Numbered from the stretch's first letter, positions 40,751-51,024 are shown. The stretch is 64,000 nucleotides of DNA from an uncultured Pseudomonadota bacterium (GCA_963836235.1 CAWIIP010000001.1:320001-384000); one strand, 5' to 3'. Notes: generated by a model not told the origin, from the sequence alone. Numbers and translations: made by a program.

Positions 40751-41935
40751 ATGAAACGATCCTTCCTATTCACTTTGGGCCTTTTTCTGGGATTTCCGCT
40801 ATCCCAAGTAGGTTGCGGCCCCGCCACAGTCCCCGCAAGTCTTTCTTCCCAAAACGCATTGGCTCTCACGCCTCCTATGGGATGGAATTCCTGGAATAAA
40901 TTTCAGTGTTTGATCAGCGATAAGCTTATCCGTGAGGTCGCCGACGCCATGGTTACTAACGGCATGAAAGACGCGGGGTACCTCTACGTCAATATCGACG
41001 ATTGTTGGGCGCTTCCCAATCGGGAAAATGGCCATTTAAAGGCCAACCCTGACACCTTCCCGAATGGGATCAAGAGCCTGGCCGACTATATCCATTCTCA
41101 GGGACTCAAGCTGGGAATCTACTCGGACCGGGGCACGGATACTTGCCAGGGAAAAGCGGGGTCCCATGGTTATGAAGCCGTCGATGCCAAGGATTTCGCC
41201 GATTGGGGGGTGGATTACCTGAAATATGATAATTGCAATATCCCTTCCTTTTCGAATACGCAGAAGGACTTTCAAAAAATGCGGGATGCCCTGACGGCCT
41301 CGGGCCGCCCCATTGTGTTCAGCATTTGCACCTGGGGCTTTCTCCCTTGGATGCCCGAAGTCGGCAATTTATGGCGGACGGGCGGGGATATCCATGACGA
41401 CTGGGGTTCCATGATCGGCGCTATGGATAACAATGATTTAGAGGCTTCCTACGCCCATCCGGGAGCCTGGAACGATCCGGATATGCTGGAAATCGGAAAT
41501 GGGGCCATGACCGATACCGAATACCGCACCCATTTCAGCCTGTGGGCCATCATGGCAGCCCCCCTAATCGCCGGGAACGATGTTCGGACCATGTCCCCGG
41601 AAACCGCCGAAATTCTGCTGAACCAGGAAGCTATCGCGGTGGACCAAGACCCCTGGGGTTTGCAGGGTGTCCGGGTGGCGGATGACGGCCAGGGTTCCAA
41701 TGTCTATTCCAAGGTGCTCCAAGGCCCTAATAGCCGGGCCGTGGCCCTTCTCAACCGCTCAAACGGGCCTACTACGATCACCGTGAAATGGGCTGATTTG
41801 TCCATTCCTCCCGGCCCCGCTTTCGTCCGGGACCTTTGGGCCCACCAGGATCTGGGAGACTTTAGCGACAGCTATAGTGCATCGGTGCCATCCCATGGCA
41901 CCGTCCTGCTTAAAGTCGTCAACCAAACCCATTGA
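40751..41935 (+). CDS. GH27 alpha-galactosidase (secreted/lipoprotein)
   Basis: TPPMGWNSWN, NIDDCW, DYLKYDNC, WRT.GDI and WNDPDMLEIGN motifs. Confidence 0.93.
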   Translation: MKRSFLFTLGLFLGFPLSQVGCGPATVPASLSSQNALALTPPMGWNSWNKFQCLISDKLIREVADAMVTNGMKDAGYLYVNIDDCWALPNRENGHLKANPDTFPNGIKSLADYIHSQGLKLGIYSDRGTDTCQGKAGSHGYEAVDAKDFADWGVDYLKYDNCNIPSFSNTQKDFQKMRDALTASGRPIVFSICTWGFLPWMPEVGNLWRTGGDIHDDWGSMIGAMDNNDLEASYAHPGAWNDPDMLEIGNGAMTDTEYRTHFSLWAIMAAPLIAGNDVRTMSPETAEILLNQEAIAVDQDPWGLQGVRVADDGQGSNVYSKVLQGPNSRAVALLNRSNGPTTITVKWADLSIPPGPAFVRDLWAHQDLGDFSDSYSASVPSHGTVLLKVVNQTH

Positions 41936-42064
41936 TCTTTTATCCTTCAGTTTTTGAAATTTAAATATTTATTAACCCAAAACTTAGATTGGGAGACTTA
42001 AAGGAACCCTTTAAGTTTTTGAATTTTAAGGCCTGTACTTCCCAATGCCTGCTAAACTCCCGGC

Positions 42065-43252
42065 ATGAACCACTTCGACGTCATTATTCTGGGGGCTGGG
42101 GGAGCCGGCCTAATGTGCGCCATTGAAACGGGCAAAAGGGGCCGCCAAGTAGCCCTATTGGACCATTCTCCCAAGATAGGGGCCAAAATCCTTATTTCCG
42201 GGGGTGGGCGTTGTAATTTCACCAATATTACAGTTGGACCAGAAAACTACGTTTCCCAGAACCCCCATTTCTGTAAATCGGCCTTAACCCGCTATCCCCC
42301 CCAGGATTTCATTGAAATGGTCAAAGCCCATCAAATCCCCTATCACGAAAAGAAGCTGGGCCAGCTCTTTTGCGACCGTTCGGCCAAGGACATCGTGGGG
42401 ATGTTGGAGGAAGAATGCCGCAAAGCCGGGGTTCAGGTCCTATTAAACCAACAGGTCGCATCGGTCGCGAAAAACGAGAAGTTTGAGGTGAAAGCCAGCC
42501 AGGGAGAATACACCTGTGATTCCCTGGTCGTAGCCACCGGGGGCCTTTCCATCCCCAAGGTCGGGGCTACGGGCTTGGGGTATGATCTGGCCCGGCAGTT
42601 TGGGCTGAAAATCGTGCTTCCTTTTCCCGCCCTAGACGGGTTCCGTTTCAAGGCTACAGACTTGAAAAGATTCGGGGATTTGACCGGTGTTTCCACCGAA
42701 GCCATCATCACCTGCGCTAAGGCCTCCTTCCGCGAAAACATTCTTTTCACCCACAACGGTTTAAGCGGCCCCGCCGCCTTGCAGGCTTCCCTCTATTGGA
42801 ACAAGGACAACACCCTGCGAATCAACTTTGTCCCCAGCCAAACCTTGGAAAAACTTGTGAAGTGGTTTCTCCAGCATAAAAAGGGCGGCTCTAAAGTCGA
42901 AATTAAGACTCTCCTGAAAGACTGGCTTCCCAAGCGTTTGGCGGACCGCCTTTGCGAATTGGAACTTCCACCGGGAGCGGCTATTCACACCTTGACAGAT
43001 AAAAAGCTGGAGGACTTCTGCAAAAAAATCCAGGATTACACTTTTATTCCCGAAGCCACCATTGGTTATTCCAAAGCCGAAGTCACCCGGGGTGGCGTGG
43101 ACACGGATGAGCTTTCGTCCAAGACAATGGAATGCAAGAAAGTTCCGGGGCTTTATTTTATCGGCGAGGTAGTGGACGTCACTGGTTGGTTAGGAGGCTA
43201 CAACTTCCAATGGGCCTGGTCTTCGGGTTGGGCGGCAGGACAAGAGGTTTAG
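42065..43252 (+). CDS. HI0933/YhiN (BaiN-like) flavoprotein
   Basis: GAGGAG, SGGGRCNFTN, ATGGLSIP, LFTH.G.SGP and GGYNFQWAWSSG motifs. Confidence 0.92.
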   Translation: MNHFDVIILGAGGAGLMCAIETGKRGRQVALLDHSPKIGAKILISGGGRCNFTNITVGPENYVSQNPHFCKSALTRYPPQDFIEMVKAHQIPYHEKKLGQLFCDRSAKDIVGMLEEECRKAGVQVLLNQQVASVAKNEKFEVKASQGEYTCDSLVVATGGLSIPKVGATGLGYDLARQFGLKIVLPFPALDGFRFKATDLKRFGDLTGVSTEAIITCAKASFRENILFTHNGLSGPAALQASLYWNKDNTLRINFVPSQTLEKLVKWFLQHKKGGSKVEIKTLLKDWLPKRLADRLCELELPPGAAIHTLTDKKLEDFCKKIQDYTFIPEATIGYSKAEVTRGGVDTDELSSKTMECKKVPGLYFIGEVVDVTGWLGGYNFQWAWSSGWAAGQEV

Positions 43253-43333
43253 GGCGGCCTGCCCTGAGTAAATGAAATGCATCGAAGGGCTGGGCAAGAG
43301 GTTTAAAAAGACACGCAATTCCCCGCCGGAACA

Positions 43334-43786
43334 TCATTCCGGCGCGAAACTCCTCTTCTTGAGCCAAAACTCTTCGACATATTGCATCGCCGCGAAAAAC
43401 TCATCGACCCGAGTGGGTTTGACGATATAAAAATTGGCTTTGGCCTCATAGGCCCGTCGGATGTCCGCGTCCGACTTCAAAGAGGTTAGGATCAAAACAG
43501 GAATTTCTTTCAAATGAGGATCGCTTTTGATTTGCTCCAAAAGTTCTAAGTCTGTTTCGTGAGGTTTGTTCAAATCCAGGAGGATGAGGTCGGGCGAGGG
43601 GGCGCCGCGGTAAATCCCCTCTTTACGTAAGTATTGAAGGGCGTCTTCTTCATCCGTCACCCGTCTAAAATCAATTGAGATTTTGGATTCTTTAAAGGCT
43701 TTCGCGGTGAGGTTGGCCTCGCCCAAGTCGTCCTCGACAAGAAGAACCCTTACCGGCCTGGTGGATGGTGGAGCTTCGATAACCAT
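43334..43786 (-). CDS. Single-domain response regulator (Rcp-like receiver)
   Basis: LLVEDD, PDLILLDLN, IPVLILTS and ANFYIVKP motifs. Confidence 0.88.
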   Translation of the reverse strand: MVIEAPPSTRPVRVLLVEDDLGEANLTAKAFKESKISIDFRRVTDEEDALQYLRKEGIYRGAPSPDLILLDLNKPHETDLELLEQIKSDPHLKEIPVLILTSLKSDADIRRAYEAKANFYIVKPTRVDEFFAAMQYVEEFWLKKRSFAPE

Positions 43787-44153
43787 AATGCCTCCGATAG
43801 TCGCCTATTGACCAAACGGTTGTGCCGGGTTGGCTTCCTCCGGCGGGTTAACCAATAATGGGTTTACCACGCGAAACGTTTTTTCTGCAGGAATAGGATT
43901 ATGGGATTTTGACGAACATCCCGTGAGGTGAGTGTCGGGCAGAACGAATTAGCTAACTAAAAGCCATAACCGGATGGCTTTCGATTGAAATTTTATTTCT
44001 TTTCCTGTTTCTTGAAAGACAAGAAAAGGTAAAGTTTGGGGAAACCTTTTAACTCCTCGTTGGGTTATGCCCTCGAAAATTGCCCAACCTATCTAGCTTT
44101 TTTTCCTGCCGCGTGGCGTAATGGCGAAATCAAACAAGGTATTAGGAGGCCAC

Positions 44154-44717
44154 ATGAAGAAGCATTTCGGAATGATTCTGGGCGCGTTGCTCGTCTGCCT
44201 GCCGTTTTCGGCCCTTTTGGCGGACGAAATAAAGGCCGACACGGTTTACTTGTTCAAAGTAAAGGATATGGACGGCAACATGGTTCCCTTATCCAAGTAC
44301 AAGGGCAAGGTTTTGCTCATCGTAAATGTGGCCAGCAAATGCGGATTCACCCCGCAATACGCGGGCTTGGAGAAGCTTTATGAGAAATACAAGGACAAGG
44401 GCTTAGTGATCTTGGGCTTTCCCTGCAATCAATTCATGAGTCAGGAGCCCGGCACCGACGCGGAAATCAAGACCTTCTGCTCTACCAAATACAACGTGAC
44501 CTTCCCTCTTTTTGACAAGATCGAGGTCAATGGCGATAACACTATTCCCCTTTACCAGTTCCTGAAGAAGGCCGAGTTGGACAAGGGAAGGCCGGATATT
44601 GGCTGGAACTTCAACAAGTTCCTCATCGACCGTTCGGGCCACCCGGTGAAGCGGTATGTTTCAAAGCAAAAGCCCGAGGAGTTCGACTCCGAAATCCAAT
44701 CTGCCGTTTCAAAGTAA
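44154..44717 (+). CDS. Exported glutathione peroxidase family protein
   Basis: RBS AGGAGG, signal peptide, NVASKCGFTPQY, GFPCNQF and WNFNKFL motifs. Confidence 0.93.
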   Translation: MKKHFGMILGALLVCLPFSALLADEIKADTVYLFKVKDMDGNMVPLSKYKGKVLLIVNVASKCGFTPQYAGLEKLYEKYKDKGLVILGFPCNQFMSQEPGTDAEIKTFCSTKYNVTFPLFDKIEVNGDNTIPLYQFLKKAELDKGRPDIGWNFNKFLIDRSGHPVKRYVSKQKPEEFDSEIQSAVSK

Positions 44718-44733
44718 TTTAAAGTCCTTAAAC

Positions 44734-44769
44734 AAAAAAAGGCCGGGACCAAATGGTCCAGGCCTTTTT
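44734..44769. terminator. Bidirectional intrinsic terminator
   Basis: AAAAAAAGGCCGGGACC-AAAT-GGTCCAGGCCTTTTT between convergent genes. Confidence 0.7.
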
Positions 44770-44783
44770 CTTTATGAAACTTC

Positions 44784-45080
44784 TTAGACTTTCATGGCTT
44801 TTTCTAATCCCATCTTCACGTCCTGGGCATTCATCACGGGAGCGAAGGTTACTTCCGCGTCCAGTTCCATGAAAAGTGGTTCGGCAATCATCGGAATGTC
44901 GCTGACTTCCTTCAAGTCGAAGAAAATAAAACCAGTCCGCATTCCGTCCTCTGTCGCGAAATAGGCCGCTTCAGGCTTTACGGTCTCCATTAACTTCATC
45001 AAGACTTTGTCCATTTGGCCGCTCTTAATGACCTTGTTCGAAACTTCGGTATCCATCGCAAACTTGAGCATCATTCGCAT
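44784..45080 (-). CDS. Small conserved-type hypothetical protein (GYD/DUF3303-like)
   Basis: KPEAAYF..EDG.RTGFIFFD...IP.IAEPLF motif; RBS AGGAG. Confidence 0.7.
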   Translation of the reverse strand: MRMMLKFAMDTEVSNKVIKSGQMDKVLMKLMETVKPEAAYFATEDGMRTGFIFFDLKEVSDIPMIAEPLFMELDAEVTFAPVMNAQDVKMGLEKAMKV

Positions 45081-45230
45081 ATATGACTCCTTTCAAAATG
45101 TGAAACTGGTGGGAGTATATCCATCGCGCGGTTAGTAATAGCTAAAGACGTGTAAAATTTGGATTAATTTCAGTTTTCTATTGGGCGGGGTCTACTTTTT
45201 GGTAGCTACGAATAGTGCCGCGGTAATTTC

Positions 45231-45581
45231 TCAAACTTCCGGCACGGGTGGGCGTGAATGCTTGGGTTGGTAAACACCAATTTTGCCCCCGCCCGGCAGT
45301 GTAACCATCGTAATCGAACCCCATCTTTCCTCGTGGATAGGAGAACAGACGGTTCCTTTCGCTTCAACGGTTTTGATGAAGGCTTTCACGTCATCGCACA
45401 TCAGGTAGAACTCATGGACGTTGTTCTTACCCGGATGGAAAGCGGCTTCGGACGGCGGCAAACCGAAAATCAGCCATCCGCCACTGACGTCAACATGGGG
45501 AAAGTTCAGTACATCTTTGAAAAACTTGCGATCTTCCTCGGGTTTTTCCGAATAAACAATGACATGTGCCCCGTTGATCAT
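45231..45581 (-). CDS. VOC/glyoxalase family protein
   Basis: GAHVIVYS..PE.DR.FF.DVL...GWLIF.LPP...YLMCDD...WG motif. Confidence 0.85.
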   Translation of the reverse strand: MINGAHVIVYSEKPEEDRKFFKDVLNFPHVDVSGGWLIFGLPPSEAAFHPGKNNVHEFYLMCDDVKAFIKTVEAKGTVCSPIHEERWGSITMVTLPGGGKIGVYQPKHSRPPVPEV

Positions 45582-45604
45582 GGCTTCCCTCTTCTCGAAT
45601 AATC

Positions 45605-46246
45605 CTATTTTTTCAAGACAACATGCGTTGCCTGCTCGGCAGAAACGCGCTCAACGCACTTAAAACCCATGGCGTGCAAGTCGAGGCCGGAAAAAAGATT
45701 TTCGCCCTTACCCATAAGGACGGGCATCAAGGCCAGGTGCATTTCATCGATCAAGCCAGCCTGTAAATACTGCCGGAGAGTCGAAACTCCCCCGCCTATC
45801 CTGACATCCTTATTTCCCGCGGCTTCCTTAGCCTGCCGGAGGGCCGATTGAATGCCGTCCGTCACGAAGATAAATCGGGTCCCGCCTTCCATTTCAAGGG
45901 GTGGACGGACGTGGTGGGTCAATACGAATGTGGGAACATGATAGGGCGGATTGGTTCCCCACCATCCTTTCCAGGATTCGTCGGGCCAAGGACCGCGGAT
46001 GGGGCCAAACATGTTGCGGCCCATGATCCAAGCCCCTATATTCTGGAAAGATCTTTCGGCGAACTGGTTGTCCGCGCCGGTGGTACCGCCGCCCTCCCCG
46101 TGCATGTCGTTGAAGACCTTCGTGGGAAAAAACCAACTGAACAACTCCGGGCCCCGGACTCCCAAGGGGTTTTCCAGGCTTTGATCCGGGCCCGCGGCAA
46201 AACCGTCCACGGAAACACCAATCGCGGCAACCTTTACTTTACCCAT
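45605..46246 (-). CDS. Dihydrofolate reductase/RibD C-terminal family protein
   Basis: SVDGF, IMGRNMF, FVLTH, IGGG and GLIDEMHL..P.L.G.G motifs. Confidence 0.88.
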   Translation of the reverse strand: MGKVKVAAIGVSVDGFAAGPDQSLENPLGVRGPELFSWFFPTKVFNDMHGEGGGTTGADNQFAERSFQNIGAWIMGRNMFGPIRGPWPDESWKGWWGTNPPYHVPTFVLTHHVRPPLEMEGGTRFIFVTDGIQSALRQAKEAAGNKDVRIGGGVSTLRQYLQAGLIDEMHLALMPVLMGKGENLFSGLDLHAMGFKCVERVSAEQATHVVLKK

Positions 46247-46300
46247 TGAAGATTTCCCCCTTTCCTATCTCGCGGCTCCAGCCATCCTATTCAATCCGGG

Positions 46301-47182
46301 TTATTTTTTATGAGTCTCAAATATCTTCGAGGCTAATTTTCCGAATTGATGGCGCAGGTGATGATCTTCCCTCTCCTCAGCGATCTTTTGCAATATCTTC
46401 GAATAAAAGCCGATCATATGATCCGCAATCGCGTTCTTCCAACGCAAGAGGATGAAGCTTTTAATTTGAAGCCAGAATCTCAACCAAACCGCCGCGCTTC
46501 CGGGGATCAGCTCGAATTTATCGGTGATATAGCGCAAGTCGCCGATCTGGGCATATCCCCCGAACACGGAGGGTGGCGGCAGGGATGGAACGATGTCATC
46601 GGCATGGACCACCCGGTAAACGGGGATCTTGTAAAACTTAATAATGGTTTTTAGGTCGCAAATGCGAGGCGCGCCAAAGGTAAAGCAGGCCGCCACCCGG
46701 TCGGTTTCCGTCAGGTTCATGGCCGCAACAGTCGCCAGGGCGCCTCCAAGGCTATGGCCGGTGATGTAAATAGGCAGGCCCTTAACCGACCCCATGGCCC
46801 GGTTGATGGGTTTTTCCATATCCTTGAAGGCCTCATAGAACCCTTGGTGAAATACCCCGTTCTTGGTGTGGTAATACTTAAAATCCAAATCAACCTGAAC
46901 CGTCGGCCATTCGGAAGGCACTGTTCCCTTAAAAGCTAATACGGCCAGTTTGTGCTTAGTGGAAAGAGCTAAGTAGGCGTTCATGTGCTTGGGTTTGTAA
47001 ACGAAAGTCTTGAGGAGGGTGAAATCCCCCTCGGCCAAGTCCTTCCTCAACAAGACCGGGTCTTCCACATAGGCCAATTCGGAGCATTGGGACATGATCC
47101 AGGAAGTGCGGTCCGAATAGGCCGCCCGTTTGATGGGAGGATTTAGGAGTTGTTGGTTGGTGAAATAGCGAGTCACGGCCAA
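46301..47182 (-). CDS. Class 3 lipase
   Basis: LAFKGT, HQGF, ITGHSLGGALA, TFGAPR, DIVP and DH motifs. Confidence 0.88.
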   Translation of the reverse strand: MAVTRYFTNQQLLNPPIKRAAYSDRTSWIMSQCSELAYVEDPVLLRKDLAEGDFTLLKTFVYKPKHMNAYLALSTKHKLAVLAFKGTVPSEWPTVQVDLDFKYYHTKNGVFHQGFYEAFKDMEKPINRAMGSVKGLPIYITGHSLGGALATVAAMNLTETDRVAACFTFGAPRICDLKTIIKFYKIPVYRVVHADDIVPSLPPPSVFGGYAQIGDLRYITDKFELIPGSAAVWLRFWLQIKSFILLRWKNAIADHMIGFYSKILQKIAEEREDHHLRHQFGKLASKIFETHKK

Positions 47183-47314
47183 ATAATAGCCAATAATGAG
47201 AAAAATTCAAACCGTGGTTTAATTAACTTGAAAGGTGAATTCGGAGACTAATGCGTCTAAAGAATATGATCCAAAACTCAGGTAAAATGCCTCAAAAGAG
47301 AAAACGGGTTCGCC

Positions 47315-47974
47315 TTGAATAAAAAACAATCTCTCATCTTCTTATCCACATCGATATTATTTAGCGGGTTATTATTCTCTCTAATGCTGTTGATGCCAAA
47401 TCAAAAAAAAGAAAAGAAAACCTCGATTGAAGTTTTTATAGCTGCCAAAGACATTCCATCGGGGATTTTCATCAAACCTGAAATGATGATTAAAACCAGC
47501 CTACCGACTTCTCTAGCGACGCCGAATGACATAAAGGACTTTCAAGAAGTTGAGGATTTAACCACCATTGTTCCGATCCCGAAAGGAGCCCCGATTGTTT
47601 ATACCCAATTCGCTCCCACTGAGAAAGTCCAGTCCGCCAATTTGTGTCACAACCCGGGAAACTATACTCTGGCGGTGGATGAAGTAACCCAAACTGGCAA
47701 GCTTTATAAATCCGGAACTAAGTTTTATTTTCCAGGTAATGTTCGGGAGGATAAAGGCGAAATCCCTGACCTTGTTTTTCAAAACATGAAGTTGGTTTAT
47801 AAATCAGGACAAGCCTTAAAACCCATTAGCCACCCTGAAAACACAACCCGTATGTTTACGGTGACTCCTACCCAAGTAGAAACTTTAAGGGAGGCTTCAG
47901 GAAAGCCTTTGCAACTGGTTTTGAAAGGTGTAAACAGTGACGAAGTTTCGAGCATAACCTTTCAAAATAAATAA
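47315..47974 (+). CDS. SAF-domain protein (CpaB-like)
   Basis: N-terminal TM; VFIAAKDIPSG..I...M and IPKGAPI; T..VTPTQ...L. Confidence 0.7.
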   Translation: MNKKQSLIFLSTSILFSGLLFSLMLLMPNQKKEKKTSIEVFIAAKDIPSGIFIKPEMMIKTSLPTSLATPNDIKDFQEVEDLTTIVPIPKGAPIVYTQFAPTEKVQSANLCHNPGNYTLAVDEVTQTGKLYKSGTKFYFPGNVREDKGEIPDLVFQNMKLVYKSGQALKPISHPENTTRMFTVTPTQVETLREASGKPLQLVLKGVNSDEVSSITFQNK

Positions 47975-48001
47975 CGATCCCATTTAATCGCTTCAATTTC
48001 A

Positions 48002-48481
48002 TTAATTCAGTAGACTTTCCTTGCTGCTGAATCCCGCTCCCGGCCCCATTTCACCGAGGGCCGAGCGCACAAGCCCCTCCAGCGTTATTTTTTTGGAGAG
48101 GCCGGCGAAGTGACTCCCTGGGTTGGTCCAAACCGTATCCTCATCCGTAGAGGCAGGGTTTCCGTCAAAAAATATCTCAGTTTTGATTGTGGGATAAAGG
48201 CATTTCACCGCCAAATAAAGCGCCGTGCGAAACAGCAAATCAGCCTTACGTGAGTTGGTGCTTTTGTGAGCGTTGATTTCGTTTATGTCGATCTTAAAAT
48301 CCGGGGTCAGGTCGGCATAGACTTTATAAGCCGTCATTTTAATGGCGACCGTAGGGTCATCTGTTTCAAAACGGCGTTGGACTTCATCGATGTTATAAAT
48401 TTTGAAGCGTTCCAGCATCCGTTCCAGTTCTTCCCCCTCCAAGACCGTTTTAACTCCATGGTAGGTTTTTTCAACTCTCAT
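48002..48481 (-). CDS. Hypothetical protein
   Basis: ORF from ATG 48481 with a GGAG RBS; no recognised motif. Confidence 0.55.
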   Translation of the reverse strand: MRVEKTYHGVKTVLEGEELERMLERFKIYNIDEVQRRFETDDPTVAIKMTAYKVYADLTPDFKIDINEINAHKSTNSRKADLLFRTALYLAVKCLYPTIKTEIFFDGNPASTDEDTVWTNPGSHFAGLSKKITLEGLVRSALGEMGPGAGFSSKESLLN

Positions 48482-48730
48482 CGGTTTCGCTCCGTTCGAA
48501 TAAAATGACTGCCTGCCGCTATTTTCCACAATAGGCCACCAACTGGTCTATCCACAAAGCATATCTGGCTTCGCTTTCTGCTTCCCCCAAAAATATTTTC
48601 TCCCCATCGACCCAAAAACCCTTGTGGTTATTTGACTTTTAGACCGGTCAAAATTACTGCACTAGACAAAAAATATTTTAAGGGTTTAGCCTGTTTTCCG
48701 TTGGTTAAAACTTGCTCTGAGGAGGCTGTC

Positions 48731-50986
48731 ATGGATGGCGGACAAACGCCCACGCTGGAAACCCAAGTTGGAGCCCTCGATGACCTTTTAGCCGCCTTGC
48801 CGGAAATGTTCCCCGGCTTCCAGGAAATCCCCCTCCCCAATATCCGCCCCAACCCGGAGAACCCCGGGCCGCCGATTACGGAGCAACAGATAGAGGAACT
48901 GGCCGATAACCTGAAGGAAAGGGGCTTGGTGAACCCCATCCGGGTACAACCTGACCACCAGGCTCCCCTAGCCGGGGGTGCCCAGCCCCACCCGCAGAAC
49001 CCCCGCCTGAAGGCCGATGGCAAACCTTGGGATCTGGCGGATTTCAATTTCATCGTCCTTACCGGGGAAAACCGCTACCGGTCTGCCGGGCGGCTTCAAT
49101 GGCCGACCATCAAGGGCACTATCCTTAACCCGACGCCCTTGGAAGCTGTCGAAATCACCCATTTGGACAATGCCACGCGCAATAGGGGCTGGTGGGCGGA
49201 CTACCAAAGTATCGAGCGGGCCATCAAAGCCGCCCCATACCTGACCCAGAACCAGATTGCGACCCGGTTAAAGCTAAGGTTGGAATCGGTCAACTGGGCG
49301 TTAGGGCTTTTACCCCTCCTAAACGCCGAGGCGAGGGCGTTAATTATTCCGATTCGGAATAATTCAAATAAGGCAAATAAGGGTATTTCGGAGAGTGCGG
49401 CCTCCTGGCTGGCCGATCTAGGGCCGGGAACCGGTCTGAAGCGGGGTGTACGCAAGAAAGACCCTCTTGCCGGTTCCCCTTCGGAACCGGCACAAGCAAA
49501 TCAAGGGCCTCGGCTTGTGGCCTCGGCCCAGCTGGACGGCTCGAACACCCCGAAACTATGGCCCTACCCTCCCATCCCTCCGGAAACCCAGGACCTGGTT
49601 CGCCGGGCTCTGGTGGTGGCCATAGACCACCAAATGATAGAAGCCCAGGTGAAGAGGCTGGTGGAGGCGGTCAAGGGGGGTCAAAGGCCGGAGGATTACG
49701 ACCCGGCAAAGGCCAAGGAAGGGTTGAACCCTTCGACTGGCTCAGGGTGGGCCACTTCGACAAGCTCAAAGCGGCCTACTTCGCCTCAACCAAGCCCAAC
49801 GCCTGCCGGCGGAAACAACTCCCCAACCCACACTGGCTTTTGGAAGTTCCTTTTCGACTATGCCAAGCAATCCTTGGTGAAGAACCTGGACCATACCATC
49901 AAACACGCTTTCAAGCGGATCGTGGCGCAGGCGGTTGTTTCGGGGGTTCTCTTTTTAATCCTGGGGTTGGTGGTGTTCCTCTTCTTTCCTAGATCGCAGG
50001 GCCGGAGGATGGCTTGGCTACCGCAGATGGAGCCGGCACCCATTGGCCTTCAGCCAAGGGCAGTAAACACCACGAGGATACAAACGGCGGTTGAACCACC
50101 AAGGGCACCAAGTTCACCAAGTACGGCGCAAACCACTTCCGGGGTTGGAAACAACACCTTGAACCAAACGGCATCTCCAAATCCAACAACAGTTGTTGGA
50201 ACACTAAGTTCACCAAGTGTAGCGCAAACCAATTCGCCCACTTTGACAACGGCAAACGCGAATATGGTTTTATCGGGAACTGGGTCTGCCATAGGGCAAA
50301 CGCCGGAACCCGCCGCGGCGCAAACGGCGCCGACCCCCAAGCCCACGGCTTTGGAGAAGATGGCTTCCGCGCACCACCCTAAAAGCAAAAAATCAAAAAA
50401 GAAAATAAAGACCGCTTCAAACCAGTTGACCCGAATGGAAAAGAACGCCCGCAAGGCGCTGGAGTTCGCCCGGCACTATTACGGATACGACTACAAGAAC
50501 ATGGGCCCCTGGTTTGATTTTATGAAAAATTCAATAAAGGACGGTATGTACGACTATTTCATGAGCAAGCATTATCCCCCGGACCAGCTCAAACACATTA
50601 CGGAAAGGAAATTCCTCATGTCCTTCCAACCCACCCAGCCCGTCAAGTTTTTGGAGCCGGATAACGTCGCCGATTATTTTCTCGTGGAGGGCACCATGAC
50701 CAAGCGCACGGATATTCACAAACCGAACGAGTTAATCACCCAAAAACCCGTAGCGGTTGAAATCGGTTTTGTCCGTGAAACGGACGAAGAGGAAAAAGTT
50801 TTCTATTTGGAGGAATTGTCGCGGGACAAGGCCAAGAGGCTTTTGGCGGATTCGACGGGGCCTGCCCTGAGTTTATCGCAGGGCTCACCGCAGGCGGGTG
50901 CTTCGGCTTCGCCCCAAGAGGACAAAACGGCCAAAGCCGTCGGGGATGTCCTTGGCGAAGCGGCTAAAAAAACTTTGGGGTTTTAA
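48731..50986 (+). CDS. ParB/Srx N-terminal domain + HTH + TM + extracytoplasmic domain fusion
   Basis: RBS GAGGAGG; IRPNPENP..I.ELADNLKERGLVNPIRV...GENRYR ParB box; LTQNQIATRL HTH; one TM; Pro/Thr linker; C-terminal alpha/beta domain. Confidence 0.8.
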   Translation: MDGGQTPTLETQVGALDDLLAALPEMFPGFQEIPLPNIRPNPENPGPPITEQQIEELADNLKERGLVNPIRVQPDHQAPLAGGAQPHPQNPRLKADGKPWDLADFNFIVLTGENRYRSAGRLQWPTIKGTILNPTPLEAVEITHLDNATRNRGWWADYQSIERAIKAAPYLTQNQIATRLKLRLESVNWALGLLPLLNAEARALIIPIRNNSNKANKGISESAASWLADLGPGTGLKRGVRKKDPLAGSPSEPAQANQGPRLVASAQLDGSNTPKLWPYPPIPPETQDLVRRALVVAIDHQMIEAQVKRLVEAVKGGQRPEDYDPAKAKEGLNPSTGSGWATSTSSKRPTSPQPSPTPAGGNNSPTHTGFWKFLFDYAKQSLVKNLDHTIKHAFKRIVAQAVVSGVLFLILGLVVFLFFPRSQGRRMAWLPQMEPAPIGLQPRAVNTTRIQTAVEPPRAPSSPSTAQTTSGVGNNTLNQTASPNPTTVVGTLSSPSVAQTNSPTLTTANANMVLSGTGSAIGQTPEPAAAQTAPTPKPTALEKMASAHHPKSKKSKKKIKTASNQLTRMEKNARKALEFARHYYGYDYKNMGPWFDFMKNSIKDGMYDYFMSKHYPPDQLKHITERKFLMSFQPTQPVKFLEPDNVADYFLVEGTMTKRTDIHKPNELITQKPVAVEIGFVRETDEEEKVFYLEELSRDKAKRLLADSTGPALSLSQGSPQAGASASPQEDKTAKAVGDVLGEAAKKTLGF

Positions 50987-50992
50987 CTATTA

Positions 50993-51024
50993 GTTGTCCA
51001 CGACGGGTCCCCGCAAGGAACAAC
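50993..51024. repeat. 32-bp palindromic site, copy 1 (variant right arm)
   Basis: GTTGTCCACGAC-GGGTCCCC-GCAAGGAACAAC. Confidence 0.85.

Noticed and set aside
44154-44717. Selenocysteine in the glutathione peroxidase
   Set aside because: The active-site codon is TGC (Cys); no in-frame TGA
48522-48631. DnaA-box-like motifs (TTTTCCACA 48522, CTATCCACA 48548) upstream of the ParB fusion as a replication origin
   Set aside because: Only one consensus match, no rep/dnaA/parA gene and no clear unwinding repeats
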